From: Azolla caroliniana
Lineage: Eukaryota; Plantae; Polypodiophyta
NCBI GenBank assembly: GCA_043228905.1
Contig: JBHGNT010000008.1
Coordinates: 16,058,001 to 16,122,000, forward strand
Direction of reading: 5' to 3'
Length of the DNA: 64,000 nt
The position numbers and the translations under genes are program-made. Position 1 is the stretch's first letter, and each line of letters opens with the position of its first letter. Positions 1 to 12,602 of this stretch are shown here, piece by piece. Below the pieces are notes generated by a model that did no database searches, was not told the origin of the DNA, and saw only the letters and a list, made by a program, of their open reading frames with translations.

Positions 1-962
1 GACGGTTGTGTTGTCAACCACGGAGGCGGAGTACATGGCGGCTGTGGAAGCCGGCAAGGAAATATTATGGATGAAGGACTTTATCGGAGAGCTCAGTATC
101 CGGCAAGATGAATACCATCTCTATTGCGACAGTCAAAGTGCCATCCACCTTGCTAAGAATGCAGCGTACCATTCCAAGACGAAGCACATCCAGCGTAGGT
201 ATCACTGGATCCGGGAGCGAGTAGAAGATCGAGAGTTCGCGCTGACGAAGATCCACACGACCGAGAACGGATCAGATATGTTGACCAAAGTACTGATACC
301 CGACAAGCTGGATGCATGTCAGAAGCGGATCGGACTAGTAAGACATCCCATGCCGAAGTGAAGGGGGAGTTTGTTAGGAAACAGGTCCCTCCGGATGGGA
401 AGTGAGAAGCACCATGTTGATGAGCAACTCGGCCGAGGCCGAATCCGGATGTTGCAGACCCGGTGAGAACCGGATGTGGAGTCCCCGGCAACGAAGACCC
501 GGTGAGAACCTCTCATCGGATGGAAGGGACATATATGTAAATATGTTCTAGAGAGCCCATTGGGGCTATATTTGTAAATAGCCCGAAAGTCATATTAGTA
601 TAAATATGACCTAGGGCAAACATGATATAGAAGTTGGTTATGTGATTATCGTTGTTGCGATAATTCTGTGCGTAACAATGTACAGAGAGAGAGAGAGGAC
701 AAGAGAGGAAGAGGTTGTTGCCTCTGTTGTAACCGCCTGGTGGCGAAGCGAGGGAGCAAGAGGTCGTTGCCTCTGTGCCCCATTGTTGTAATTTTGATAT
801 AGTGATATTTTGCAGTCTGAGGGCTGTCGTGGTTTTTCCCATATTTGGGTTTTCCACGTTAACATCCAGTGCACTCTCTTCTCTACTGTTTCGTGTGTAG
901 ATACATCTCTCCACATCTCTGTTTTTTGTGATTGATCCGACGTCTCGGTTGTGGCCGAGCAT
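1..962 (+). mobile_element. Ty1/Copia (Tnt1/Tork-like, family A) 3' end: RNase H, PPT, truncated 3' LTR
   Basis: ORF 8-361 has STTEAEY/CDSQSAI/KHIQRRYHWIRE/DMLTK. PPT AAGGGGGAG at 361-369, LTR starts TGTTAGG at 372. The LTR resembles those at 37309-37894 and 46421-47032 but stops before the terminal CA. Confidence 0.9.
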
Positions 963-974
963 AGCTTAGATGAG

Positions 975-1972
975 CGTATTCCTATCAAGAAACACCTGCA
1001 CCATTTCGTCCTCCTCAACATTCACGTTGATCGAGGCGAGAGAGTCGTAGATCTCCTTGATTTGGGCTTTATAATCAGCCACAAACTGATCTTTCTGTCG
1101 GACATTGCTGAGCTCCTGCCTGAGCTGCAGCTTCCTGGCCGTTGTGCTAGCGGCAAAAATGCTCTTGAGATTTTCCCACGCGTTCTTTGGCGTCTTAGCA
1201 TCCCGAATATAGCTCAAGAGTTGGTCTCTTTCACAGGACGTGAAGCAGTAAAGAACTCAGCTTGCCGCTCAAGTTGAAAAGTCTCTGTGTGTCGATTCGG
1301 GTGATGTATTGTTAACTCCTTCGACATAACTCTAGTAACCATGACCAAGCAGGTACTGGTGCATCTAGTACGACCAAGATGCATAGTTGCTCCTATCAAG
1401 CTTCTCAGTCAATAGCGAGCTTCCCATTCCTCTGTCCATATTGTTGTCTTATCCTTTCCGAAGACGATAACTTAACTCTGTCTTTATCGCAAGCTTTTAT
1501 GTCGGTTGCAGAGGAGTCTCAACCCTCGTGCTCTGATACCATGTAAAAGAATACGTGTGCGGAAGCGTATGCATAAGCACACAGAGTACACGGTTCGGTA
1601 GTACGACAGTTCAGTAAAGCACAGAAATCACAGAGAAAGAGAGGGAGAGAGAGAGAGAGAGAGAGCAGAAATACAAAACTATATTCAAAAAATAACTCTC
1701 TGTATGTTCTCTGTTATATATTTCGTGCTCAGTGAGGACCTTTTATACAAGCCCCGACTATTGGGTTGACACAAGTACTGATAGTACTTGACTGCTCATA
1801 ATGACCCTCCTACACTAACTCCCAAAACTATTCCTTACGAGGAATATTGTTCTAAAGGCCTTTCGGTTTAAACACTGCCACGACCATATTTTGCGTACGG
1901 TTTTACGCACCTAGTCTACGTACTGGGTTACGCACCCGTTTACGCACCCAATGTTGAGCTTGTCTCTCAACA
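975..1972 (-). mobile_element. Ty1/Copia (family B) 5' fragment: 5' LTR 1542-1972, iMet PBS, degenerate gag
   Basis: PBS TGGTATCAGAGC at 1530-1541 (minus). LTR has TG..CA ends. Gag peptide YIRDAKTPKNAWENLKSIFAASTTARKLQLRQEL. Confidence 0.9.
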
Positions 1973-1979
1973 GGAATGA

Positions 1980-2385
1980 TGTTATTCGACACAGACCCGA
2001 TTCAAATAGTGTCGACCTGATTCAAATACGGGTATATCCGGATACTCTTCGAATGGTTAATAAAGAACCGATTAATGAAAACAGGCATAAGATTACGAAT
2101 GAAAGCGTAGAACGGCAAGTAGACAAGAGACACAATAGAATTAAATTAGAATGCTCAAACTTGTATTACTTCCGTTGTTAATTACATCGATTCCCAGATC
2201 CTTTTATAGGGATCCTGTTGGAAATACAAAATGGTGCCTTACCAGCTATCGGCTATCAATCGGTCCGGATTTGGATCAGTACAACTATTCTAGATTCGTC
2301 CGTTCCTATAATATGTCCTAATATTTATGCTAATATTATTCACTGACTCGTCCTTGTACATATTAACCCTTTGGTTCATACTCCT
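1980..2385 (-). repeat. LTR-like fragment of an unassigned family (related to 57728-58019)
   Basis: Its reverse complement contains GTAAGGCACCATTTTG and CCTATAAAAGGATCTGGGAATCGATGTAA, matching GTAAGGCACCGTTTTG and CCTATAAAAGGATCCGGAATCGATGTAA near 57730-57790. Confidence 0.55.
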
Positions 2386-2389
2386 AGAC

Positions 2390-4620
2390 CAACAACGAAG
2401 ATGGTGCGCGATCTCCAGATCGCTCAGGCCCGAAAGGAAGGTGGGTGTCCATTGCGCAACCGGCGCCCACCCAACGACCTTAGGTGCATGTGGTGCGACA
2501 ATGTCAGCCACATGCGGAGAGACTACGGCGACTCTGCCGAGGCACTGAGGAACAATGTGTTATACCTATGGAATGGTTAGGTACACACGAGTGAAACGTG
2601 GAGGACCCTCGAGATGAACACCAGCCGGGGCGAAATGAAGAGGTTCATGGCTGAGGCGGCGGCACGACATGTCGAAGCCATCCACTACTCGGCATCAGCG
2701 AGTATCTGGGTAGGAAGAGAAAAAGGCACCGGCTCTGGGACCTACACCAGATTTTGGCCGGTTATACTCGACGACTTCTCCAGGAAGAAGCTAAAGAAGG
2801 AGGAGGTGGACTGCGTGGAGAAGCGGGTTCAGGAGGTCACCATATGGGAAAATCCAGTTGACGAGAAAACCGGCTTCATAGAACCCGCATGCCAAAACTA
2901 TGAAGTTCTGGTCGAAGACAAATGAGTGAGGAAGGCCGGAGGGGCAGGTCCTTCGAATCACTACGATTCCCGAGGCGGGCAATGAAAGAATAATGTTGGT
3001 TTGGCTGATCGATAGGAGAAAGAGAAGGGAAAATTCCCAAGCTTCCAGCTAAGCTCGGAAATAGAAAGGACGACGGACTTACGGAAGGTCCTAGAGGAGG
3101 AGGTCCTCGATTCTCGAGTGGAACTCTTGTTATGGGAGGTGTTAGGAATCGTGAAGAAAGAGTTCCACGATTCAATCATCAACCTCATGAAGAGAAAGAG
3201 GCTTTCGACGGAGCCTGAGAATGAGAAGTCGGTCGAGGTCAATCCAAAGCATATCGACGAGGTGGTGGCAAAGGAGGAATATGTTGAAAGCCACTACATG
3301 CGGCCGCATTGTTTGAGAGCGACAATGGAGACCCCAGTTCAGATCGGGGATGTGAAGGAACTAGTAGTGGCTCTGATTGACCATGGATTGGAGATAAATC
3401 TAATGTCGATAGAATTTTACAAGAAGGTTAAATGGCCGATCAATACAAGGCATGGTTGGAAGATACACGCGGCTAACCACGCTATGGAGGAACTTCAGGA
3501 GGCTTGCCCGAATGTAAGGGTGAAGGTTAGGGACGTGGAAATTGATCAACATTTCTTCGTGCAGGAGTCATCCTCCCACCCCATCATACTCAACGAACCA
3601 TACATCACCATGGCTCATATGGAGACAAAGGTGCTAGACAATGGTTCGGCATAGGCAAGGGTAAAGAGCCAGGATGGCTGGCATTCCGTCCAATTCTTGA
3701 CGGTTTGGCCGAACCATGAGCGAAATCAGGACTCTCTCAGTGGAGAAGGCCGAGAGGATTTTTAGAGATGGCTATCAAAGCATGGGGCGGCGATAGTCTG
3801 GACAGACACCGGAAACCCCACACTTGTATATTAAATAGGAGATTTTATCCTTCCAAAAATGGAGGCTATAGGATAGTCAACTCGTCGACTGAGAAAAATG
3901 ATGAGTCCAAGAGCAACTACGGGCATGCAGTGGCATGTGCCGTGGAGGCGGTCTCATTCGATGACACCTTCAGAGAGATCGAGAGGGTAGTCGAAGAGGA
4001 TCTAAGCAAAGACTAGATGATTCCGGTCAGTTCGATCGAAATGTATGAAGTCATCGCGGACTTCGGAAGGATGGTCGGATTGGGTTGGATTGTCTGAATC
4101 GACACAAAGTACAACACTGTGAACCGGAAGGTGAGGCCAGTTGCAGCACCCTTACTCCGGTTTCAATGGTCGGCCACCTATGCGGACCATATGGCCAAAA
4201 ACCATCTCCAACAAAGATCAAGGCCATTGCAGCTATGAAGGAGGAATGTTAGACGATCACCAAGGTTCGATGGTTCTTAGGGGCCTTGTGCCTTTTATCA
4301 CATCTGGATCTTGCACTATGCACATATTGTCGAGCCACTCTATGGCTTGCTGAAGAAAGGGCGGAGGTTTGAGTGTAGAGAAGAGCACTCGGAGGCGGTT
4401 AGGAGACTGAAGGGAATGTTAATGGCCTCATTGGCCCTCCGGAAAGCCGTGTATAGGACCAACACTCTAATCTATGTGATGGTCGACATGAATGCAATTG
4501 AAATCCTATTAGGTAGTTAACCAGGAGGATGAAGGCGGAACGTGATTCGCCAGATTCCGATTTTGACGCAAAAGTTCTTAGTGAGTGGCAACGAGGATGC
4601 GCCCCAAGTTAAGCGCGAAC
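2390..4620 (+). mobile_element. Ty3/Gypsy non-chromovirus fragment (copy A): gag knuckle, protease, RT core deleted, RNase H start
   Basis: CMWCDNVSH knuckle; protease VVALIDHGLEINLMS; jump from RKVRPVAAP (~4150) to the end of RT; YAHIVEPLYGLLKKG linker. Homologous to 31093-33760 and 47033 onward. Confidence 0.85.
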
Positions 4621-4679
4621 ACTTCTACCCCTCTCGTTCCCTTTAGGCTCCTTCGTTCAAGACCCCGGTGATCCCACCC

Positions 4680-5040
4680 CGATCCAAGGGTTTCTAACAA
4701 GAACATGGCATTGACTTCGACGAGATCTTTTCACCAGTGGTTAAAATGTTGACCCTTCGATTTATTCTCAACGTACGGGGTAGCCGAATACTTGGAGTTG
4801 ATTCAGCTAGATGTTAAAACGACTTTCCTCCATGGTGACCTTGAGGAGGAAATTTATATGGCGTAGCCGAAAGGATTTGTGGTATCCAGCCAACAACATC
4901 TAGTTTGCCAACTCACGAAGAGTCTTTACGGTTTGAAATACGCACCATGGTAGTGGTATAAGAAGTTCAACGACTTCATCCAATCGGTCATCTTCTCAAA
5001 GAGTGATGAGGACCACTACCTCTTCACCAAAACAACTCAA
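4680..5040 (+). mobile_element. Copia reverse transcriptase fragment
   Basis: KGF*QEHGIDFDEIFSPVVK, QLDVKTTFLHGDLEEEIYM and KSLYGLK motifs with stops. Confidence 0.85.
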
Positions 5041-5044
5041 AATG

Positions 5045-6200
5045 GGCGAACTTCGGTATGTTCATACGGATTGGCAAGTTGCCAACATCTTCACCAAACC
5101 ACTCGGATCGGACAAGTTGCAGCACTTCACCGAAATGCTTGGTGTTGAGCATCTCGACGTGCCACACTTGAGGGGGAGAACAAGCAAAGACACCGCAACG
5201 GGCAAAGGCAAAGAGACCGCCGACTACGCCGGTAAGGGAAGAGCCGACAAAGGGAGAGACAAGAAGAAGAAAGAAGTCGTGTCAACAAAGGAATTTGACA
5301 CATCCGAAAAAGTTGGAACAAGCGGCAGTGACGGCAGAGTCAACAAGGACAGAGCCGATCGAAAGAAGAAGGCCAAGACCCGGACATGGTCCGATGTGGT
5401 GAAGGGCCTGGAACTGGAAGACGAATCATGAGCGACCGATTCGGATAAGAGTTGGAACGAATCGGAGATAACCGATTCGGTTCAACAGATGGATTCGGAA
5501 GAACCAGATCAACTGAAGGCCAAGCAAACGAGAAGGCAGCGGAAGTCGATGCCAACACGAAGGAATCGACGGGTTGACAGGTGTCGAAGTCACAGCAACG
5601 AGGGAGCTTAATTGGGCCTGTTGAGCAGACAAGCCGACCGAGGAGGTCGAGGTGCACAAAATCAGAAGGGTCGCGGTAAACAGGACCGGACCGAACGAGG
5701 AGCGCTAGCAAGGAGGAGTGACGCTAAAAGGAGCCGAGTGGAAGGTTGACACTACGATCCGACCTCAAGTTGAGCTTGAGGGGGAGTGTTGAGCGGCAAG
5801 CTCAACCGGATCCGGATCGGCTGAATAAGCCTGAGCCGGATCGGCATTCAGAAGGATAAGCCGGTGAGCAAGTGAGTCGGTGAGCTGGGGAGCCAGTTAG
5901 CCGGATCAAGCAGTAATAGCAGCCTAGACTACTAGGTAGTTAATGTCTCGTAGTTAGTGTCAAACGCTCGTGTGAGCATTGAAGTACACTGTACTTCTGT
6001 CAGTCCTCTTAGGACTTGTATAAATAGTGTTGTTGAGCATGTTGTATATAGAGAGAACTATTATTGTTTCGATAATAGATTTAACTTGTTCTGCTCTTTC
6101 TTTGTCTCTCCTGCATACCTTCTGTGTATTAATATTTCTCCCTCTTTGTTGCTATCGGGATAAGCCGGTTGTCTAACGCTTCTGCACCTTCGTTTTTACA
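5045..6200 (+). mobile_element. Copia family B 3' end: RNase H tail, purine-rich extension, PPT, 3' LTR 5787-6200
   Basis: QVANIFTKPLG..LRG; PPT GAGGGGGAG ending 5786; LTR TGTTGAG...TTTACA, similar to 9855-10250 and 26239-26659. Confidence 0.9.
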
Positions 6201-6201
6201 A

Positions 6202-6900
6202 TTGCTTTGGGGATGAGATAGATAATCTCCTCCGCCATACTGGTGGGCATCTTTCTTGAGGTCTAGATCTCTTGAACCTCAACCTCAAGAGACAAGATAA
6301 CACTTTCCTAATGAATCTAAAAAAAATCCTTTGAGAGACCACTGGGGCCAGGGCATGCCCCTGTTTGTAGTTCCCTTAGTGTCTCTAAGAGTTCTATTTG
6401 AGAAATGGGATTGTCGAGCACTTGTGCCATCTCCTAGGTTACCTTGGGGTTACCCTGTTACCGAGCTCCGTGTTCTGCATCATATGCTTTGTGCAAGGAG
6501 GTCTCAATAATACTACGTTGCAATCTGTAGAATCTCATCCTTTTCCTTTGTTAGTGAGCCTTTCGGTTTGCATAGCCCTTGTATGTGGCCACCACTACCC
6601 TCCCTTGGGAGTCTTGTCCCTGAATAAATGCCAGCTAACCTTGTCATTTGTTCTAGCCCACCATGCCACAACCCTTCTAAACAACATTTGATTCTTCTCC
6701 AACATCCATTCTCTCACCTTCTCCCTCGCTTCCTCCCGCTTAGCTCTAGACCAATTGCAATCTGGGTCTGCCTGTAATAAGTGTTGCCCCACCATTACAA
6801 CCTTCCTTAGATTTGTTTCCATGGCTCTAACCTGCTAAAGGGCCCACTTGGTTTCCTATTGGGAAAAGGTGGAGAGGGCCAATTTTTTCTCCAAATCCTC
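6202..6900 (-). mobile_element. LINE (L1-like) ORF2 fragment
   Basis: Manual translation of the minus strand gives WARTNDKVSWHLF, LDNPISQIELLETLRELQTGACPGPSGLSKDFF and IIYLIPK. These resemble the L1 WxxxGDxxxxFF, PGPDG..EFF and I.LIPK motifs. Confidence 0.75.
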
Positions 6901-7029
6901 ACAGGCCAATCCACCTACAACGTCTCCCACCATATTCTTTGTAGACCTACTTTCACCTCTGCACTTGTTGAGACTCCCCTTGTTGCCGATGGGTGGGTTA
7001 CGGGTTAGCCTCACACTGGTTGATGATTA

Positions 7030-10000
7030 GAGAATATCCCTTTTCTTTGCGCGTGAACCGTCTCCTCGGTTCCTTGCTCGGGGAGAGCACGGTCGAGTCT
7101 CCACTACTCGTCGGCTCGTCATCCAATTGACCATTCCAGCTCAACTAATCCGGAGAGACGTCGGACTGTCCGGCTGTTCGGATTCCGTGACACTTCTCTC
7201 TATACCGGATTTGACCGGATCATCTACAGCAATCGGTTCGGCCTCGAGTTCGGGTGGAGAGAAGTAGCAAGAGGCCAATTCATCAAAAACGACATCTCCG
7301 TTGACTCAAACCGCTTTCGATCGGGGGTTATAACATTTATAACCCTTCTTTCATCCGAGTAGCCGACGAGAATGCACTTTTCGGCTTTCGTGTCTAACTT
7401 CCTTCGGTACATGCATATATGCAATGCTACCAAACACCCGAAGGTGTGCCAAATTCGGCTTCTAAAAGAAATATAGTTCGTGCAACGACACCTTTGTCCC
7501 TGCGGATGATATTCGATTCTGGATGTAGACGGCTGTCCAAATTGCTTCGGCCCAATAAAATTTGGTCATGCTTTTCTCCTCAAGCATTGCCCTTGCCACT
7601 TCTACCAACGTCTTGTTCCGATGCTCGGCCATGCCATTCTGCTCCGGTGTGTATCTGCAAGAGAATTCCCATCGGACTCCCTTTGTCTGCAGATAGCTCG
7701 GGAACTGGTCAGAAAAGTACTCTTTTCCACCATCCAATCTTAGACAGTTGATCTTTCTTCCGGTTTCACATTCAACAAGGTTCTTCAAGTTCCGGAAACA
7801 CGAGAAGACTTCACTTTTCTTCTCGATTAGATAGATCCAAGTGTGCTGAGTGAAATTGTCAATGAAGGAGACGAAATACTAACTCCCACCGATGCTCACG
7901 TTTTGAGTTGGTCCCCACACATCCGAATGGATGAGATCAAGCCGGTCCCGGCTTCTATTCTTCTCATTGGGGAATATAATCCTATGCTTCTTCCCGAGCT
8001 GGCAAGATTCACATATCTGGCCTTTCTGGCCACTGAACTTTGGCAGTCCGGAAATTATGTGTTTCGACTGCAGCTCGTGAAGCTTTCGAAAATTGATGTG
8101 GCCGATCTGCTTTGCCACAGGTCGATGTCCGACTCGACCTTCTGCCCTTTCGCAAACATAGCGGTGCCTATATCATTCGTTTCGAGGATAAACATCCTCC
8201 TGTCTCGACGCCCTTGCGCGATGACTCTGCCCTCTTCTTCAATGAAGCACCAAGGTGCGTGAACCGAACCTGCATCCCTTGATTGACAATTTGTCCGACT
8301 GGCACAAGATTCTTTGTGATTGTTGGGATGTGCAAGACGTTCATCAACTTCCCCTTCTGTCTGACATGGTTGGGGGGAATTGATGTGGCCGATCTGCTTT
8401 GCCACAGGTCAATGTCTAACTCGACCTTCTGCCCTTTCGCAAACATAGTGGTGCCTATATCATTCGTTTCGAGGATAAACATCTTCTTGTCTCGACGCCC
8501 TTACGTGATGACTCTGCCCTCTTCTTCAATGAAGCACCCAAGGTGCGTGAACAAAAACCTGCATCCCTTGATTGATGCGGGGTGTCGTCTCCGGTTTCGA
8601 CCTCCCCTGATTGTTCCAGTTTTTCTAGATAAGAAAACCACTCCGCGTGGCTTGTCATATGATGTGACACTCCAGAATCAACATACCATACCTCATTCGG
8701 TTTCGAGATGCTTGTCTTCATCGAACTGGCCTTGTCTTTCATCACAAAGGTCAGGCCCGATCCATTTCCAGAACGAGATCCTTCGAGTCCTTCCACATAG
8801 TGTGACCTTTGTCAGCTTCCCAGTCCGGCCTTGCTGGATTCAGACTTGTCCAAATCGACATGCTTCTTCCAACACTCGCTCTGTGTGTGGCCCTTGTGGC
8901 CACAATACCAACAGTCCATCAGACTCTTCTCCGGCCGGCTTTCGGCACCGCCTTGACTCCCCCTGCTTGTGGAGGGTCTAGAATTGTTGTCGACACCATC
9001 ATTGTGCCTCCAGTTTTGCTCTTGTCGGCCGCTTCCACCGCATGTCGATCCGCCTCTGTGTACAGCATCCTGCGGTCAATGTGCGTGTTGGTTGACGTAG
9101 CCGCGTGGTTCTCCTCTACTAGGAGCATCAACTGTAAGTCGAAAAACGAGGGCGTATTCTCCCTTGTATAGACCGTCGTCCGGAATGCGCCGAATTTTGA
9201 CGTCAGGCCCCCGAGACAAACTTGCACCATCTCATCTTCCTCGATGGTCACGTTGATAGAGGCAAGTGAGTCGCAGATGTCTTTGATCCGGGCCATATAG
9301 TGGTCCACCAACATGTCCTTCTGTCGGACATTGCTCAACTCCTATCGGAGTTGCAGCTTCCAGGTCGTAGTGCTTGCGGCGAAGAACTTCTTCAGGTTTC
9401 CCCAAGCTTCCTTTGGTGTCTTGGCATCCCGGATATGGCTCAACAGCTAATCACCGACACTGGATGCAAAGCAATACATAACTCTGCTTGCCGCTTATTC
9501 CCAAGTCAAGAAGTCCCTATGTGTCGCATCAGGCGTCGTATCGTTAGCTCCATCGACATAACTCCAGTAGTCATGCCGGAGTAGGTACTGGTGCATCTTC
9601 TATGACCAAGATGCGTAGTTGGATCTGTCGAGTTTCTCCATCGAGAGTGAACTAGCCATTCCTCGGCCCATATCCTTCTTCTATCTGTTCTTACCAAGAT
9701 GCGTAGTTGGATCTGTCGAGTTTCTCCATCGGGAGTGAACTAGCCATTTCTTGGCCCATATCCTTCTTCTATCTGTTCTTACCGGGTGTAAGGGTTTGCC
9801 TTCAAAAAATATTTGTCGGCTGTAGAGGCTCTCAACCCTCGGGCTCTGATACCATGTAAACGATAATGTGCAGAAGCTTGTAGACAAACTTATTTATCCA
9901 TATAGCAATAGAAAACAGAGACAAGGTTTAATGGAAGCTTAGGAACAGAGAATACATAGGAGAAACAGAGATAGTAGAAAGCATAAACTCAATTACAAAA

Positions 10001-10250
10001 TAACAACACTCTGTACATAGGATGTGCTCAGTGAGCACTCTTTATACAAGTCCACAAGGGACTGACATAAGTACAATGTACTTCAATGCTCATACGAGCG
10101 GCTGACACTGACTACAAGGACCATGACTACCTAGTAGTCTAGAAGCGTAGACCTCTAAACGGCCTACCTGTACACACGTGGGTACAACTCTCTGATCCGG
10201 CTCTAGCTTATCCAGTCGATCCGAATTTGGTTGAGCTTGCTCGCTCAACA
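7030..10250 (-). mobile_element. Copia family B 5' half: LTR 9855-10250, PBS, gag, protease, integrase; internal duplications
   Basis: PBS 9843-9854; WYVDSGVSHHMT; CESCQLGK..HSDVWGP; DGGKEY..PEQNGMAE. Duplicated blocks at ~8091-8280/8379-8575 and ~9606-9692/9694-9783. Confidence 0.9.
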
Positions 10251-11981
10251 ATATGCACGCTTCAAAGAATGATCATAATAACCTGAGTTAATTCTCTTCT
10301 CTTATGGTGCATCTTATAAGCAAAAGGGCCATACAAAAGACAATGGCCAATGAATCCAATAGAAAATCAAAACTTTTTCACCTCAAGAGAAAAATGGCAA
10401 AGCTTCCAACCATAAATGTCACCTCCTTGATATTATTTAGGTTCAAACTCAACATTTCAGTAATTGTCGAAACTTATGCTTATCCACGAACAAAATCTTT
10501 CTCATGTATACTCAAAATAAAGAGTTTACACTAATGTCATTCCATGCATATTTTGTTTGCGAATGTAATACACTAAAATTGTTCAAAGCTTTGATGCATG
10601 AGCTCCATTATTTAGTTGGTCTTTCAAAATGTTGTGAATCAAATCATCATCTTTTACATTCAAACTGACCAATGTTTTAATTACATCCTCCCTTTCACAT
10701 GTTTTGGTTGTCTCATTCTAGATACATCTATGTTTCCAATCAACTACATTTAAATTTGAGTATAATCAATATATTTATATATTGGTTGAATTATAAAATT
10801 AATATTAATCTGATTAGGTTTAAATGCCAAGGCGGTCAATATAGTTTAAATTTCTCAATTTTAAAAGGCGCAATTTTCAGCTCAAAATTTTACTAATGAA
10901 TTAAGAATAATAGGCATCTAAGTTTATTGAAAGATTGGGCCGTTGTAACAAAGAAATAGATCCATAACTAATTTCCTTGAAATGACATGATTTACATACA
11001 AGTTATTACATGTTTTGACATTGCTACCATCATGGAAGCTAGTCTCTTAATGGGACAACTGACAAATGGTGGATGTGAGTCTTGATGAGATATTCTTGTT
11101 ATCAGTCTTTCACTCCTTTAAGATATTTGCAAAGAATTCGATTCTGAGAATGAATCATAGTGTAATTCGACAACTGCAATGCATCAAACCTTCCTCCATT
11201 CTTTGAATCGCCACATTCATGGATATCCTAGGATCATCCATGATCTCAAAGGGTCATGATGGTAATTTGGTCAAATTTTCGATGTCATGAACTATGTCAA
11301 CCATTTCAACATTGCATAATCACACCTACTTTGTTAAAGGCTCATGATAGTAATTTGGACAGATTTTCAATGTCATGAGACACGATTCATAAAATGGCAA
11401 GAGCTATGTCAACCATTGCAACATCGTATAACTACACCTAGTTTGCATTTATCTTGTTCAAAAGCTAAGTTAATCCTTAAAATAATACCAAGGTTGTGAT
11501 GGAGTAATATTGTTTCAATAGTATAGTTTCACACTTGTAAAATAGCCAAGTTGGTGAACAAAATCAAGAGTGACAAAGGAGAAAGGCATTTGACATCTCC
11601 ACTTGCCTAAAACATATGGTGCATTATTGACATTGAAGAGTTAATGAATATAATAATAAAGCCATTGCCTTGCTCTAGGTTTGAACCCAACAATATTGTG
11701 ATGTAAAGTATTTATCAATACAATACCACCATGTTTCTTTCATGTGTTTTAAGTTTTGAATTTTGTAAGTCTAGGGGATGTTCTTATACCATGTATGAAA
11801 GACAATGTCATAGGAGCCTTGTGTAGTAATTTGTGGGAATGCCCAAAGTTGTGCTCGAGATGATGTATAAATCAAAGCTATAATATAAATAATGTAGATA
11901 TTCCAACATTATGCCTTGCGGACAAATCAAATGAAGCTAACATATAGGTCTTTTAGTTCCTATACGGATTACATTCACTGA

Positions 11982-12602
11982 CTAATGGTATACACTAGGA
12001 CAACCATCTTTAAAAACCCCAGGAGCCGTGGGACATGTTGCAAGAGGACAATTGTCCCCATGTGTCCCCCACCAATCCATTTGAACATTATTTAGTTGCA
12101 AACAAAAATACAACATAACGGCCATGAAAGCCAACCCGGCATCCAAGGCGGCCGAGAGAACATAGTTATATCTCTTCCACCACATCTTGCGATACTTAAA
12201 CACGAAGAAGTTGAAAATGGTGCCCACCACAATCCACGATGTGTAGTTGACAGTCGTTGCGGGTGGCATGTTCGAGGTCGCACCAAAAAGCACGGGAAGA
12301 TTGATGAGAGGAATCCACCATACCTTTGGGAATGCTCTATGACACATCCACACCACAATGGGTGCAATTGCACCCATTAAAAAGAACCAATTGAGGGCGG
12401 GGTATGCCCCTTGGTTCCCGAAGATCCTCCTAGGACCAACCAAGCCCCATATGACAGATGCATCGAAGAACACGTTGTCACCTGGACATGTCCACGGACT
12501 ACTCGCCGGTAGAGCATCAATATTGCATATATTTTCGATCGAGTTCAACAACCACCATGCCACTCCCATGTTCACTATCCCCGCAACAACGGTGCCAATC
12601 AC
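11982..12602 (-). CDS. OPT4: OPT exon 6
   Basis: [41 protein letters not shown]; acceptor ATACAG|. Confidence 0.92.
   Translation of the reverse strand: MIGTVVAGIVNMGVAWWLLNSIENICNIDALPASSPWTCPGDNVFFDASVIWGLVGPRRIFGNQGAYPALNWFFLMGAIAPIVVWMCHRAFPKVWWIPLINLPVLFGATSNMPPATTVNYTSWIVVGTIFNFFVFKYRKMWWKRYNYVLSAALDAGLAFMAVMLYFCLQLNNVQMDWWGTHGDNCPLATCPTAPGVFKDGCPSVYH

Noticed and set aside
8283-8981. 232-aa plus-strand ORF and other antisense ORFs over TEs
   Set aside because: Shadow frames of Copia/Gypsy pol with no independent motifs.
11660-11735. B-box-like GGGTTCAAACC (minus strand) downstream of OPT
   Set aside because: The A-box is unconvincing and there is no TSD or tail. It may be a SINE relic but cannot be supported.
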